64,000 nucleotides of DNA. Origin: an uncultured Lentimicrobiaceae bacterium. Lineage in GTDB: Bacteria; Bacteroidota; Bacteroidia; Bacteroidales; F082. Positions within the stretch are counted from its first letter, which is position 1; every line of letters begins with the position of its first letter. The stretch covers positions 100,155 through 164,154 of the forward strand of contig CAYXCZ010000002.1 in assembly GCA_964463695.1 (NCBI GenBank), written 5' to 3'. The position numbers were made by a program, and so were the translations under genes. Below, in pieces: positions 1 through 9,548 of this stretch. The notes under the pieces are model-generated. The model was given only the letters and a program-made list of their open reading frames with translations, was not told the origin of the DNA and did not search any database.

Positions 1-214
1 TACGATTATGTTCTTCAATCAAACTATCGACTTCGCGTTGAAGAAACTGACGTTGATTATCTTTTTCTTCCTGGAGCACCCTAAGGCTAGATTTGGCCGA
101 TATAAGCCATATTGACAGGGCTATAATGATCATCGCGAAAATTGCAAGGATGATGTACAACCAGCGCGAGGAGTTGGGTGACGGGATAGGTTTAACTGAA
201 TGTGAATTGTCCAT
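1..214 (-). CDS. Hypothetical membrane-anchored coiled-coil protein, 5' part only; the gene runs off the left edge of the window
   Basis: My own translation of the minus strand from the ATG at about 214 gives MDNSHSVKPIPSPNSSRWLYIILAIFAMIIIALSIWLISAKSSLRVLQEEKDNQRQFLQ... The frame stays open to position 1. It has one hydrophobic helix followed by a charged, coiled-coil-like stretch. A TAccTTTG box lies 27 nt upstream. It is absent from the ORF track because it is truncated by the window edge. Confidence 0.4.
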   Translation of the reverse strand, partial: MDNSHSVKPIPSPNSSRWLYIILAIFAMIIIALSIWLISAKSSLRVLQEEKDNQRQFLQREVDSLIEEHNR

Positions 215-240
215 GATTTACAAGCTTTTTCTTCAGGCTA

Positions 241-248
241 CAAAGGTA
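241..248 (-). promoter_or_regulatory. Bacteroidota sigma-A type -7 box (TAccTTTG on the minus strand)
   Basis: The plus strand reads caaaggta, which is TACCTTTG on the minus strand. This matches the TAnnTTTG consensus and lies 27 nt upstream of the ATG at 214. Confidence 0.4.
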
Positions 249-316
249 ATTCAAAAATAAGAGATAGCAAAACAATCCTAACCTATACAATTTAGTCAGG
301 GATAGATTACACTCTT

Positions 317-1297
317 TCAAAGGTTGTGGTAATACCACTTACATGCTTCTTCCAGTCCTGCCCTCAGGTTGTATAGAGGATTATATCCCAACAATTTTTT
401 TGCTTTGTCGACAGAAGCCAATGAATGAGGAATATCACCTTTTCTAAAATCTCCATGAAAAATTTCGACATCAGCAATAGCTGGATCGTAACTGGAAAGA
501 ATCTCGCGAAGCCATCCGGCTAGCTGGTTGAGGGTTGTACGATCACCAAAGGCAACATTATATACCTGATTAAGTGCAGCGGGATCATCGGTTGAGGCTG
601 CCAGCAGGTTTGCCTGCACAACATTGTCGATATAGGTAAAATCACGGCTATAATTGCCATCGCCATTTATTATTGGATTTTCGTGTTTTATAAACTGTTT
701 TACCCATTTAGGAATTACGGCAGCATACGCGCCTTCAGGATCTTGTTTTTTTCCAAAAACATTGAAATACCTCAGCCCAATAGATTGAAATCCATAAGTT
801 CTGGCAAAAACATCTGCATATAATTCGTTTACATATTTGGTGATGGCATATGGTGACAAAGGTTTTCCAATGATTTCTTCAACCTTTGGTAAATTTTCGG
901 AGTCACCATAAGTGCTTGAACTTGCAGCATATACAAAGCGACTGACACCGGCGTCGCGTGCCGATATGATCATATTCAGAAAGCCAGATACATTAACATC
1001 ATTAGTCGTTGCCGGATCATGAATAGAACGTGGAACAGAACCCAAAGCAGCCTGGTGGAAAACAATATCCTGATTTTCACATGCCAGCAGACAGGTTTTG
1101 AGCTCGCGAATATCAGCTTCAATCAAATGAAAATTGGAATCTTGCATGAATGGAGCGATATTATGCCGATGTCCCGTGGCAAAATTATCCAGGCAGCTAA
1201 CATTAGCACCTAACGATAAAAGTTTTTCAACCAGATTGGAACCTATGAAACCAGCACCACCTGTTACAAGTACCCTTTTGTTCTTAAAATCCATCAT
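317..1297 (-). CDS. NAD-dependent sugar-nucleotide epimerase/dehydratase (extended SDR, WbpP/TviC-like UDP-sugar 4-epimerase family)
   Basis: It has an N-terminal Rossmann motif ([11 protein letters not shown]) and a catalytic YxxxK (SPYAITKY). Its length of 326 aa and its position in a polysaccharide locus fit this family. Confidence 0.9.
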   Translation of the reverse strand: MMDFKNKRVLVTGGAGFIGSNLVEKLLSLGANVSCLDNFATGHRHNIAPFMQDSNFHLIEADIRELKTCLLACENQDIVFHQAALGSVPRSIHDPATTNDVNVSGFLNMIISARDAGVSRFVYAASSSTYGDSENLPKVEEIIGKPLSPYAITKYVNELYADVFARTYGFQSIGLRYFNVFGKKQDPEGAYAAVIPKWVKQFIKHENPIINGDGNYSRDFTYIDNVVQANLLAASTDDPAALNQVYNVAFGDRTTLNQLAGWLREILSSYDPAIADVEIFHGDFRKGDIPHSLASVDKAKKLLGYNPLYNLRAGLEEACKWYYHNL

Positions 1298-1317
1298 GGC
1301 AATTAATTTACTGATGA

Positions 1318-1845
1318 CTATTTTTGTTCAGATTCTTTCACCAATTCAACACGTGATCTTGGAATATTCAGTCGAATAACCTGACCAATTGCATCAATCA
1401 TAATGACGAGGCGAAATTTATTTTTGTAACTAACCAGTTTACCAATAAGACCTTCCATAGGCCCACTTTTTACACGCACAAGCTGTCCTGCTGTTAATGC
1501 TTCATCGCTTTCTTCATCTGGTTCAGGATCTTCAAGGTAGATGCGAATGGCTTCGATTTGTTTGTCAGGAATAGGAACAGCTTTGTTTTCGAATTTAATA
1601 TATTTCAGAGCACCGAAAACATTCAAGGCATTATAAAGGTTTTTTTCATCCACCCTGACAAAAATATAAGATCGGAATAATGGTTCTTCAACGATTTTTT
1701 TTCGGTCACTCCATTGTCGCAAACGCTTGATTAAAGGCAGATAAGCTTCAAAGCCTTCTTTTAGCAAGGAGTTGTGAACTTTTTTTTCAGCTCTTGCCCG
1801 GGTATAAATAGCATACCAATGTTTTTCGCCAGTCACCAATTTCAT
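1318..1845 (-). CDS. UpxY-family (NusG/RfaH-like) transcription antiterminator
   Basis: It starts with an NGN-type N-terminus ([15 protein letters not shown]) and has a KOW-like motif ([19 protein letters not shown]). It sits in a capsule/EPS locus, as UpxY proteins do in Bacteroides. Confidence 0.85.
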   Translation of the reverse strand: MKLVTGEKHWYAIYTRARAEKKVHNSLLKEGFEAYLPLIKRLRQWSDRKKIVEEPLFRSYIFVRVDEKNLYNALNVFGALKYIKFENKAVPIPDKQIEAIRIYLEDPEPDEESDEALTAGQLVRVKSGPMEGLIGKLVSYKNKFRLVIMIDAIGQVIRLNIPRSRVELVKESEQK

Positions 1846-1867
1846 TTTGAAAACACCAAAAGAGCAA

Positions 1868-4327
1868 TTAGATCTTATTCAGCAAGCGTTTCATAAAGCC
1901 AGGTTTGTTTTCTTTAGCTTCGTCGGTATAATAGCCATAGCCATAGCCATAACCGTACCCATAGCCATAACCGTATCCATATCCATAACCGTATCCATAA
2001 CCATATCCATATCCTCCACCTGCTTTAATATCGTTCACAAGTATGTTCATAGGAGTGCCGCGGTCTTCGATATCTTTTATGATACTTTCAAAAATCTTTT
2101 TATGTGTATAGCCTTGTCTCACAACGAATAAGTTAACATCAGATTGTTTTAGAAGCAAGTAAGCATCTGTTACCAGGCCAATTGGTGGAGTGTCGATGAT
2201 GATGTAATCATACCTCTCACGCAATTCCTTAAACAAAGTTGAACATTTTTCTGAAGCTATAAGTTCAGCCGGATTTGGAGGAACAGGGCCAGCCATGATA
2301 ATATCGAAGTTACTCACCTTACCTGATGGCTGTATAATTTCGTTGAGTGTATGTTTATTGATAAGATATGTACTTAAACCAACAGAATTTGATAAACCAA
2401 AATCCTGATAGATTTTTGGTTTTCGAAGGTCAAATCCTAAAAGCACTGTTTTTTTACCATACATGGCATAAATACTAGCCAAATTGATAGAAATGAAGGT
2501 CTTACCGGCGCTGACCATATCAGCAGTTACCAAAATCACACTTTTATCCTTGCCTTGAGTAAGGTAATCGATATTCGTACGAACAGACCTGAAAGATTCT
2601 GATATAGATGATTTAGGCGACTCAACAACAACAAGCTGAGTTTCTTTATTGCTATGTAAAACTTGACCAACGATCGGCAGTTTAGTGATCTTTTCTATGT
2701 CTTTACGTTCATTGATTTTGTCATTTAAATAGTCACGGCCAAGTATATATGCGACAGGAATAAGTAATCCCAATAGCAAAGCAATGGTATAGTTAAGACT
2801 TTTCTTTGGGAAAACCATTGCGCTTAGACCTGCATCAGCCCTGTCAATAATTTCATTATCAGGGCTATTACTTGCTTTTGTAATTTGTGCATCCGCTCTT
2901 TTTTGCATCAGGAACGTATAGATAGCATCATTAAGTTCAAACTTACGTTGATATCCAAGGAGCAAACGTTGGGTTAGTGGGAGCGTACTTACTTGTTGAT
3001 CGAGTGATTGCATACGTCTATTTACATCGCCGATGGCCACATCAGAATTTTTAATGATGTTGTTGATGTTTTCCAACAAAGTGCGTTTAGTATTTGAAAT
3101 TTGCGCATCAATGCTCACAACCATAGGATGCTTTTCGGTAGAAGTGAGAAGTTGTTCAGCTTTTTGTGATGAAAGGTTTACCAACTCCTGAACAAGACGA
3201 TTTAGCAAAGGGTCTTCGATGCCCATTGCACTGGGTGCTACCAGGCGGTCGAGTTGATCAATATTGTCCTGAATATATTTTTGCATGCTTCGGTAATACT
3301 TGTTTTTTACAAGCATCTCAGCCTTTTGTTTTTCGAGTTCTTTTAGATAATCAAAAACATTCTGTGATTGAAAATCAAGATTCATGAATTCATTCTTTGT
3401 TTGAAAATCCTGGAGTGCAATCTCTGCAAATTGAAGCGAATCCTGAATATCAACCAATTGTTTATCAATAAACTGGATGGTGCTTTCAGCAATTTGATTT
3501 TTATTTTCAAGCCCGCGTATTACATATGTTTCTGTGAGTCTGTTAAGAAATTCAGCTGACTTTTCTTTAATATTTCCACGTAAGGAAATTTCAAGTATGC
3601 TTGCTTCACGGTTAATCGGTTCAATTTTGAAACCTCTCATTACTCTTAATAAGGATTGGTAATCGTTGAGTACGAAGCTCATGTTGCCTTTTTGGACTTC
3701 AGTCAAATCCAGATTATCATTTAACAAGATGCGGAAACGGTTGAAACCGTTGTCAATCCATTCTCCAAAACTGAAACTACCGCTCCATTTGACTTTTTCA
3801 TTCTTGTCACCTGTAGGTTTAGCAGCCCTGAAGTTATACAATGAAACATTTTCACCTTCAGCTTCCAACATAAAGCTGTTTTTGTCAATGAGTTTGATGG
3901 CATAAGGAAGACTTACAGATTGAGGTTTATCGAAATCAACTTCCAGGATAAATGGGGAAGTGTTGTACATTTCTTTGGAGATGAATCCGTCCTCGTTAAA
4001 ATAAGAGACTTCAAAATTCATGTCTCTTATAGTTCTGTAGCTTAATGAGTAGGACATCAAAATGCCAATTTCATTTTGCAGGTTTTGCTGTCCTCCGAAG
4101 TTTAATCCAAGCAAAGCTGTTGCATCCATTTTGCCGCCTTTCTGATCTTTAACCAGAACAGAGGTTTTTACTTCATATACAGGTTTTGTATATTTATTAA
4201 AAAGAAAGGCAACGAGCAAAGCGATGAAAACAGATATAGCAAAAAGATACCAAAATCTGGTAAATTTAAAAAACAGGGCTTTAAGATCAATTGTTTCTTC
4301 CTGTTGGTAGGGTTGAAAGTTTTCCAC
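1868..4327 (-). CDS. wzc: Polysaccharide co-polymerase / tyrosine autokinase (Wzc-like BY-kinase)
   Basis: It has an N-terminal TM segment, a long coiled periplasmic domain, a second TM segment, and then a kinase domain. The kinase domain carries Walker A (SAGKTFIS) and Walker A' (YIIIDTPP). The C-terminal tail is tyrosine-rich, GG(GY)14Y. Confidence 0.9.
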   Translation of the reverse strand: MENFQPYQQEETIDLKALFFKFTRFWYLFAISVFIALLVAFLFNKYTKPVYEVKTSVLVKDQKGGKMDATALLGLNFGGQQNLQNEIGILMSYSLSYRTIRDMNFEVSYFNEDGFISKEMYNTSPFILEVDFDKPQSVSLPYAIKLIDKNSFMLEAEGENVSLYNFRAAKPTGDKNEKVKWSGSFSFGEWIDNGFNRFRILLNDNLDLTEVQKGNMSFVLNDYQSLLRVMRGFKIEPINREASILEISLRGNIKEKSAEFLNRLTETYVIRGLENKNQIAESTIQFIDKQLVDIQDSLQFAEIALQDFQTKNEFMNLDFQSQNVFDYLKELEKQKAEMLVKNKYYRSMQKYIQDNIDQLDRLVAPSAMGIEDPLLNRLVQELVNLSSQKAEQLLTSTEKHPMVVSIDAQISNTKRTLLENINNIIKNSDVAIGDVNRRMQSLDQQVSTLPLTQRLLLGYQRKFELNDAIYTFLMQKRADAQITKASNSPDNEIIDRADAGLSAMVFPKKSLNYTIALLLGLLIPVAYILGRDYLNDKINERKDIEKITKLPIVGQVLHSNKETQLVVVESPKSSISESFRSVRTNIDYLTQGKDKSVILVTADMVSAGKTFISINLASIYAMYGKKTVLLGFDLRKPKIYQDFGLSNSVGLSTYLINKHTLNEIIQPSGKVSNFDIIMAGPVPPNPAELIASEKCSTLFKELRERYDYIIIDTPPIGLVTDAYLLLKQSDVNLFVVRQGYTHKKIFESIIKDIEDRGTPMNILVNDIKAGGGYGYGYGYGYGYGYGYGYGYGYGYGYGYYTDEAKENKPGFMKRLLNKI
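1928..2020 (-). repeat. Imperfect hexanucleotide coding repeat that encodes the GG(GY)14Y tail of Wzc
   Basis: The plus strand reads ata ata gcc ata gcc ata gcc ata acc gta ccc ata ... tcc tcc acc. The minus-strand codons alternate Gly (GGN) and Tyr (TAT/TAC). Confidence 0.9.
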
Positions 4328-4335
4328 TAGGGTTC

Positions 4336-5124
4336 TTATTTAAAGAAGTTAATTAAAAGCAGAGCTGTTGAGATGGTTGAGAAAATAAGGGCATATGGGA
4401 AGGTAGCAAAACCATACTGTTTGATTTTCAGAGGCCGGACGTAAATCATGTCGTTAGGCTTCAGATAATAAAAGTCGGAACTGAGGATATTGGCTTGCTC
4501 GAGGTTAACCGGAATAATTTCAGAACCGGTTTTAGTTTGCCTGATGATCTGAACTTCAAGGCGGTCAGCAAATTCAGTTAAGTCGCCGGCCATAGCCATT
4601 GCTTCAAAGATGTTGATTTCAGATTGGTATACCTTATATTGTCCGGGTCGGCGCACCTCACCCAGAATAGTAAGATTAAAATTTACCAATTTGACAATAA
4701 GAACGGTCTCTTTCAGATACTGGTCGAGCACGGTCTGAATGCGTTCCTTTATTTGTTCTACATTAAGATTTTGAACAATGATTTTTCCAGCTAATGGAAA
4801 TTCAATAAAACCTTCATCACTTACTGTGTAACTGTTGAGGTAAATTCCCTGATCGTTAGCGTTTTGTGCTCCTGAAGTGCTTTCCAGCGGGTTGAAGAGC
4901 ATAGCGGTTTTCTCGTCAAGGCTCACAACCTTAATATATAAGTTGTCGCCGGGCTGAATGAGGTAGGTAAGTTTTCGTTCATTAATAAACTGCCGGGCCG
5001 TATCTGAGTTACTTGCTCCTTGTAAGTACATCATCTTTTTTTGAGGCACACAAGAAAACAACAATATGCTCGCAATCACTAAAAATGCCGAAAACCGAAA
5101 AAATCGTAATATGTGTAATTTCAT
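4336..5124 (-). CDS. wza: Polysaccharide export outer-membrane lipoprotein (Wza / Poly_export plus SLBB family)
   Basis: It has a PGDNLYIKV motif typical of Poly_export and a lipoprotein-type signal ending LLFSC. I moved the start to the internal ATG (MKLHILRFF...). A TAaaTTTG -7 box overlaps the longer ORF's start at 5178, which argues against that start. Confidence 0.85.
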   Translation of the reverse strand: MKLHILRFFRFSAFLVIASILLFSCVPQKKMMYLQGASNSDTARQFINERKLTYLIQPGDNLYIKVVSLDEKTAMLFNPLESTSGAQNANDQGIYLNSYTVSDEGFIEFPLAGKIIVQNLNVEQIKERIQTVLDQYLKETVLIVKLVNFNLTILGEVRRPGQYKVYQSEINIFEAMAMAGDLTEFADRLEVQIIRQTKTGSEIIPVNLEQANILSSDFYYLKPNDMIYVRPLKIKQYGFATFPYALIFSTISTALLLINFFK

Positions 5125-5175
5125 ATGTTGGTGGTGTGTTTTAATAAGAAGACATTTCTTGTTAAAAATTACGTA

Positions 5176-5183
5176 CAAATTTA
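5176..5183 (-). promoter_or_regulatory. -7 box (TAaaTTTG on the minus strand) upstream of wza
   Basis: The plus strand reads caaattta. It lies about 52 nt upstream of the ATG at 5124. Confidence 0.4.
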
Positions 5184-5295
5184 TGTTTTTTTCAAATACA
5201 TATACATAGTTGTTTTTGTTTAAGTTAGTTATATTGTCCTAAAATGTTAAAAAACAATTATTTAGGTCAACTGCTGCATTGTTTACAAAAAGTGA

Positions 5296-5303
5296 TATTT
5301 TTG
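5296..5303 (+). promoter_or_regulatory. -7 box (TAttTTTG) upstream of the gldH-like gene
   Basis: tatttttg lies 16 nt upstream of the ATG at 5319. Confidence 0.45.
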
Positions 5304-5318
5304 CAAAAAAAAGATTAA

Positions 5319-5783
5319 ATGGGTCGCTTACTATCTTTTCTACTGATTATTATTGTTTTCGCGGGCTGTAGTTCACCCGAAATATATTCATACAATGAAC
5401 AATTTACGAATCGTATTTGGAATCGTTTCGATCTTATTGAGCTTGAAGTCCCTGTCGGGGATGAAGAGGCACTTTATGATCTTGCAATTGATTTTATACA
5501 TACGCAAGAATATCCGTCGGACCAAATTGCCATTAATTTCACTGTTTATTTTTCTTCAGGGGGTATGCGCTCCCGCGATTATGAGTTTAAATTGAAGGAT
5601 ATAGAACAGCAATGGACAGGAAAACCTATTGGAGAAGGATATCATCACGTTTTGCCTTTGATTTCGAGGTTAAAGTTTCCTGAAAAGGGAGTACATCGAA
5701 TTCGTATAGAAAGTAAAATGACAAAATTTGACTTACCGGGTGTCGAATCAGTTGGTTTTAAGGTGCTTAAGAGTAAGGACTAA
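5319..5783 (+). CDS. gldH: GldH-family gliding-motility-type lipoprotein
   Basis: It has a lipoprotein signal (VFAGCSS), is about 154 aa long, and has a C-terminal LPGVESVGFKV motif. This resembles my recollection of Flavobacterium johnsoniae GldH (IPGVEALEGITEVGFRI). Confidence 0.6.
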   Translation: MGRLLSFLLIIIVFAGCSSPEIYSYNEQFTNRIWNRFDLIELEVPVGDEEALYDLAIDFIHTQEYPSDQIAINFTVYFSSGGMRSRDYEFKLKDIEQQWTGKPIGEGYHHVLPLISRLKFPEKGVHRIRIESKMTKFDLPGVESVGFKVLKSKD

Positions 5784-5993
5784 TACCAAAATTTTCTAAA
5801 AGTAAATAACACCCCTAATCTGTATTGCCAGCTGCGCTTTCTAACTATTGAGGGGTTGAGATTTTTTAAAGTCAATCGACAAAAAGCATCAGCATTTTGT
5901 TTCTTTGTGGTTTGAAAAATCGTTAATCGATTTCCTTCATCAAAACAAATAGCCGTGCAAAACGTGCTCCTAAATCAATTCCGGGATGCATTT

Positions 5994-6698
5994 TCAAACC
6001 CTTAATGTTGATAAACCTCCGTCTGCTCCAATCACCTGACCACTGATCCAGGATGACTTTTCTCCGAGTAAAAAACAGGCTAAGTTTGCGATATCGCTGG
6101 CTTCGCCAACTCTTTGAAGTGGGTGACGTTTTGCAGCTGCTTCCAATTTTTCGGGTGTGGAGAGTAGCCGTTCGGCCAAAGGGGTGTTTGTTAGTGAAGG
6201 TGCAATGGCATTTACACGAATCCCTGGGGCTAATTCTGCCGCCAACGACCTCGTAAGTCCTTCAACTGCTCCTTTTGAAGCTGCGATTGAGCTGTGGTAG
6301 GGCATTCCCTGACTAACGGCTACTGTGCTAAATAGCACAACTGAAGCATTTTGGGCATTTTTTAGTGCTTTAAGCGAAGATTGAAGAATCTTTACTGCAC
6401 CTATTACATTTACTTCGAAATCTTTCCTGAAATCGTCTGGTCTCAATCCTCTGAAAGGTTTTAAATTGATAGTACCCGGCGCGTAAACTAATCCATCAAG
6501 CTGCTCCGGAAGTCCGTTTGCGTGCCAGTCATCAGCAAAAAAATCAGGCTCCAGAAAAGTAATTTCAGAAAGATGATGGAGTTTTTCAGGATTACGTGTA
6601 ATTACATACAGATGGTGTCCTTCAGCATGTAGTTTTTCGGTAATTGCACGCCCGATTCCAGAAGAGGCTCCAACAATCAAATAGTTTTTCATTTTCAT
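5994..6698 (-). CDS. Short-chain dehydrogenase/reductase (classical SDR)
   Basis: It carries the GASSGIG cofactor motif and a catalytic YxxxK (YHSSIAASK). It is 234 aa long. Confidence 0.85.
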   Translation of the reverse strand: MKMKNYLIVGASSGIGRAITEKLHAEGHHLYVITRNPEKLHHLSEITFLEPDFFADDWHANGLPEQLDGLVYAPGTINLKPFRGLRPDDFRKDFEVNVIGAVKILQSSLKALKNAQNASVVLFSTVAVSQGMPYHSSIAASKGAVEGLTRSLAAELAPGIRVNAIAPSLTNTPLAERLLSTPEKLEAAAKRHPLQRVGEASDIANLACFLLGEKSSWISGQVIGADGGLSTLRV

Positions 6699-6752
6699 TT
6701 TTCTAATTTAACAAAAATGAACGTAAAAGGTTGGAAAGTAGCCAGAGGTTAA

Positions 6753-8696
6753 TTACTTAATGATAACAATACCAAGTTGCTGGTTGATCATACGCCGAAG
6801 ATCATCATATTTCTTTTTCTGAATCATTAAACCCATCTGCTCAGCAAAATCTGTGCTTTCTTTCAGTTTTTCTGAAATAGCTTTTTGTCGTGCTTCAATA
6901 ATCTGGTCTTTGTACCTGAAAATGCTGTTCGTAATAGCTAATTTCAAGACATCAACTTCGGTTTTAACAAAAATACTCCGGCTTTCCCAATTATGAAGCT
7001 CGTAAGGACTGGTAAGCAGATCAACTGCCAAACTTGCTGTGTCAGGTTCTGGATGGTTGATAAAAAATTTCTCTGATGGAACGACCTCTTCTTTAAGTGC
7101 TTCGACAAAATGCGCCTGTATTTTTTTATGTGGCGAGTATTCAAACCAAAGATCGTCGGTTAACAGATCGTCAATAATAAGTCGTGCAACAGTTTCGGTA
7201 TAAGTCGTCGGGAATCCTTGCTCATCAGTGAGTTCGTGCGTTATTTCTTTATTCCCGTATTGTAGAAGTATTTTAACAAGTTCACGCTCCTGATAATAGC
7301 CAAGCTGAGTTTCTGGTCCTGTTTCAATCGTTTCTTGCTTAGTAGGCGTTTCAGGAACAGGCTCAGGAATATCAGTAGATGTGCGGGATTTAAATTTTTG
7401 TCTGAGCAGTTTATTCAGCTCATTCATAAGGGTTTGCTCTTCCACTTCAAGCATTCGACTGCATTCTTTCACATACACCGAACGATAAATTGGTTCAGGG
7501 ATGAGCGAAATGGTATGAACAATCTCCTTAATTAAACCTGCTTTTTTTATCGGGTCATGAGCCGACTCTTCCAATAGCAGGGCAGTTTTAAAACTTATAA
7601 AATCTTTGGCGTTATTGCTGATATACAATTCGACATCACTGCTTCGGTTTTTCCGAACAAATGAATCGGGATCGTCACCATCTGGAAATAAAAGCACCCT
7701 GACATTCATTCCTTCTTCCAGAATCATATCCGTACCTCTCAACGAAGCATTGATTCCGGCTTTATCACCATCATACAAAATAGTGATGTTATTAGTGTAA
7801 CGTCGGATTAATCGTATTTGATCGGTGGTTAGGGATGTGCCCGAACTGGCTACAACATTTTCAATTCCAGCCTGATGCATCGAGATAACATCAGTATAAC
7901 CTTCTACCAGCAGGCAGTTATCATGCTTAACGATGGCATTTTTTGCAAAATAGATGCCGTAAAGCGTTTTGCTTTTGTTATAGATTTCCGATTCAGGAGA
8001 ATTGAGATATTTTGCTTTGGTTTTATCTCCGCTTAAGATACGTCCTCCAAAACCAAGGACTTTACCGGTAAGGTTATGTATTGGGAAAATGACTCTTCCT
8101 TGAAAACGGTCGAAAAGACGTTCTTCAGAACCCACTGAAAGTCCTGTTTTCAAAAGAATATCTTCGGTGTAACCGTTCTTTTTTGCATGAACCGAAAATG
8201 TATCCCGATGGTCAGGGGAATAACCCAACTGGAATTTTTTTATGATGGCCTCACGAAAGTCACGTTCTTTAAAATAACTGAGACCTATTGATCTGCCTTC
8301 ATTTGTTTCGAAAAGTGTATGGGCAAAATAACTCTGGGCGAAGGTGTTAAGATTGAACATGCGTTCACGTTCATTCAATGCAGCTAACTCTTCGGGCGAC
8401 TGTTGTTCTTCTTCAATTTCTATCTGGTATTTTCGGGCCAGGTACCTGATAGCATCAGGATAGCTAACATGCTCGTGCTCCATGATGAAACGAGCCGAAT
8501 CACCTCCTTTGCCACAACCAAAGCATTTAAATATGCCCCTGCCAGGCGAAACACTGAAAGAAGGTGTTTTTTCCTGATGAAAAGGGCACAATCCGATCAA
8601 GTTGCTGCCGCGTCGTTTTAATCCGACAAATTCACCGACAACCTCTTCGATTCGGGCAGTTTCCAGAATATTTGTTATCGTGTAGGCAGGGATCAA
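6753..8696 (-). CDS. dnaG: DNA primase
   Basis: It has a CHC2 zinc finger (CPFHQEKTPSFSV...CFGCGKGG) and TOPRIM motifs (LVEGYTDV and YDGDKAG). Confidence 0.95.
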   Translation of the reverse strand: MIPAYTITNILETARIEEVVGEFVGLKRRGSNLIGLCPFHQEKTPSFSVSPGRGIFKCFGCGKGGDSARFIMEHEHVSYPDAIRYLARKYQIEIEEEQQSPEELAALNERERMFNLNTFAQSYFAHTLFETNEGRSIGLSYFKERDFREAIIKKFQLGYSPDHRDTFSVHAKKNGYTEDILLKTGLSVGSEERLFDRFQGRVIFPIHNLTGKVLGFGGRILSGDKTKAKYLNSPESEIYNKSKTLYGIYFAKNAIVKHDNCLLVEGYTDVISMHQAGIENVVASSGTSLTTDQIRLIRRYTNNITILYDGDKAGINASLRGTDMILEEGMNVRVLLFPDGDDPDSFVRKNRSSDVELYISNNAKDFISFKTALLLEESAHDPIKKAGLIKEIVHTISLIPEPIYRSVYVKECSRMLEVEEQTLMNELNKLLRQKFKSRTSTDIPEPVPETPTKQETIETGPETQLGYYQERELVKILLQYGNKEITHELTDEQGFPTTYTETVARLIIDDLLTDDLWFEYSPHKKIQAHFVEALKEEVVPSEKFFINHPEPDTASLAVDLLTSPYELHNWESRSIFVKTEVDVLKLAITNSIFRYKDQIIEARQKAISEKLKESTDFAEQMGLMIQKKKYDDLRRMINQQLGIVIIK

Positions 8697-8944
8697 TGCT
8701 GTGATTTTTTCTTGTTGCGAAAGTACGATTAATGCAGCATTATTGTATTTTTACATCACTTTTTGGATGTAAAAACCTTCAAAAGGTAATTTTCAGGCAT
8801 TCATGATTTTAATTTAAAGGTTAGTAATTTGAAATTAACTTCTGAAAAAGTGTAAAAACACTCGAAGATTGCTTTCGAATTGATCTGTTTTTTTAAGAAA
8901 AGGAGATGTTTTCCAACAAAATAAACCTATAAAACTTTCTGGAA

Positions 8945-9145
8945 ATGAATACAGTAAAAAAACTTTATCGCTCACGTTTCAACCGGATTATTGGCGGAGT
9001 GTGTTATGGATTTGCTGATTATATGAATCTGGATCCTACTATTGTTCGTGTTGGATGGATACTATTTACAGCTTTGGGTGGTGCCGGATTATTAGCTTAT
9101 CTGATTTGCTGGATAGTGATCCCTGAATCTCCTCACGGGTTTTAG
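8945..9145 (+). CDS. PspC-domain membrane protein
   Basis: The sequence LYRSRFNRIIGGVCYGFADYMNLDPTIVRVGW is followed by a TM helix, which is the typical PspC domain layout. Confidence 0.8.
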   Translation: MNTVKKLYRSRFNRIIGGVCYGFADYMNLDPTIVRVGWILFTALGGAGLLAYLICWIVIPESPHGF

Positions 9146-9510
9146 TCATTGGTGTCCAACTTATTATCAGAGTTATATTGCTCTTTTTCTGCTTCCATCA
9201 ACATTTCTTTTAGTGCATCAAGTTGGTTAAACAACCGATTTGTTAACTCTTCATTTTTTGCCAATCGGGTGGTCATTTCAGACAGATGCAACTGTATTGC
9301 TTTCTTGAATTTTTCAGTTTGGATTTCGGTCTGCCGAAAGATCAATTCGTCGTGTTCGTGCATTTTTTCTTCCAGCTGTTCAATACGTTGATAGCTGTTT
9401 TTGCGATGTTTCCAGAACAAAATCATCAAGGCTAATGCTGTAGCTGCGTATATTGCAATGATCGTCCATGTAATTAAATTTAGCCCGCTGGTAGTTATAA
9501 AAATAATCAT
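9142..9510 (-). CDS. Hypothetical single-pass membrane protein with a coiled-coil tail
   Basis: It has an N-terminal TM helix and a charged helical remainder. A TActTTTG box lies 31 nt upstream. I recognise no family. Confidence 0.5.
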   Translation of the reverse strand: MIIFITTSGLNLITWTIIAIYAATALALMILFWKHRKNSYQRIEQLEEKMHEHDELIFRQTEIQTEKFKKAIQLHLSEMTTRLAKNEELTNRLFNQLDALKEMLMEAEKEQYNSDNKLDTND

Positions 9511-9540
9511 AATTAATTAAGCTGAAGGTTGCGAAGGTGC

Positions 9541-9548
9541 CAAAAGTA
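9541..9548 (-). promoter_or_regulatory. -7 box (TActTTTG on the minus strand)
   Basis: The plus strand reads caaaagta. It lies 31 nt upstream of the start at 9510. Confidence 0.4.

Noticed and set aside
1928-2020. Tandem repeat considered as a CRISPR array, minisatellite or phase-variation switch
   Set aside because: It has no spacers and a 6-nt unit, and it lies entirely in frame inside wzc. Unit changes would alter tail length but could not switch the gene off. Mixed synonymous codons also reduce slippage potential. I kept it only as a coding repeat.
1847-2131. Plus-strand 94-aa ORF rich in AIAITVPIAITVSISITV
   Set aside because: It is the mirror image of the GY-repeat region of wzc on the opposite strand. 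It is low-complexity, lies wholly inside a well-supported gene, and is a shadow ORF.
5811-5868. Possible terminator after the gldH-like gene (acccct ... aggggt followed by tttttt)
   Set aside because: The stem is only 6 bp and the loop about 34 nt. This is too weak to report as a feature.
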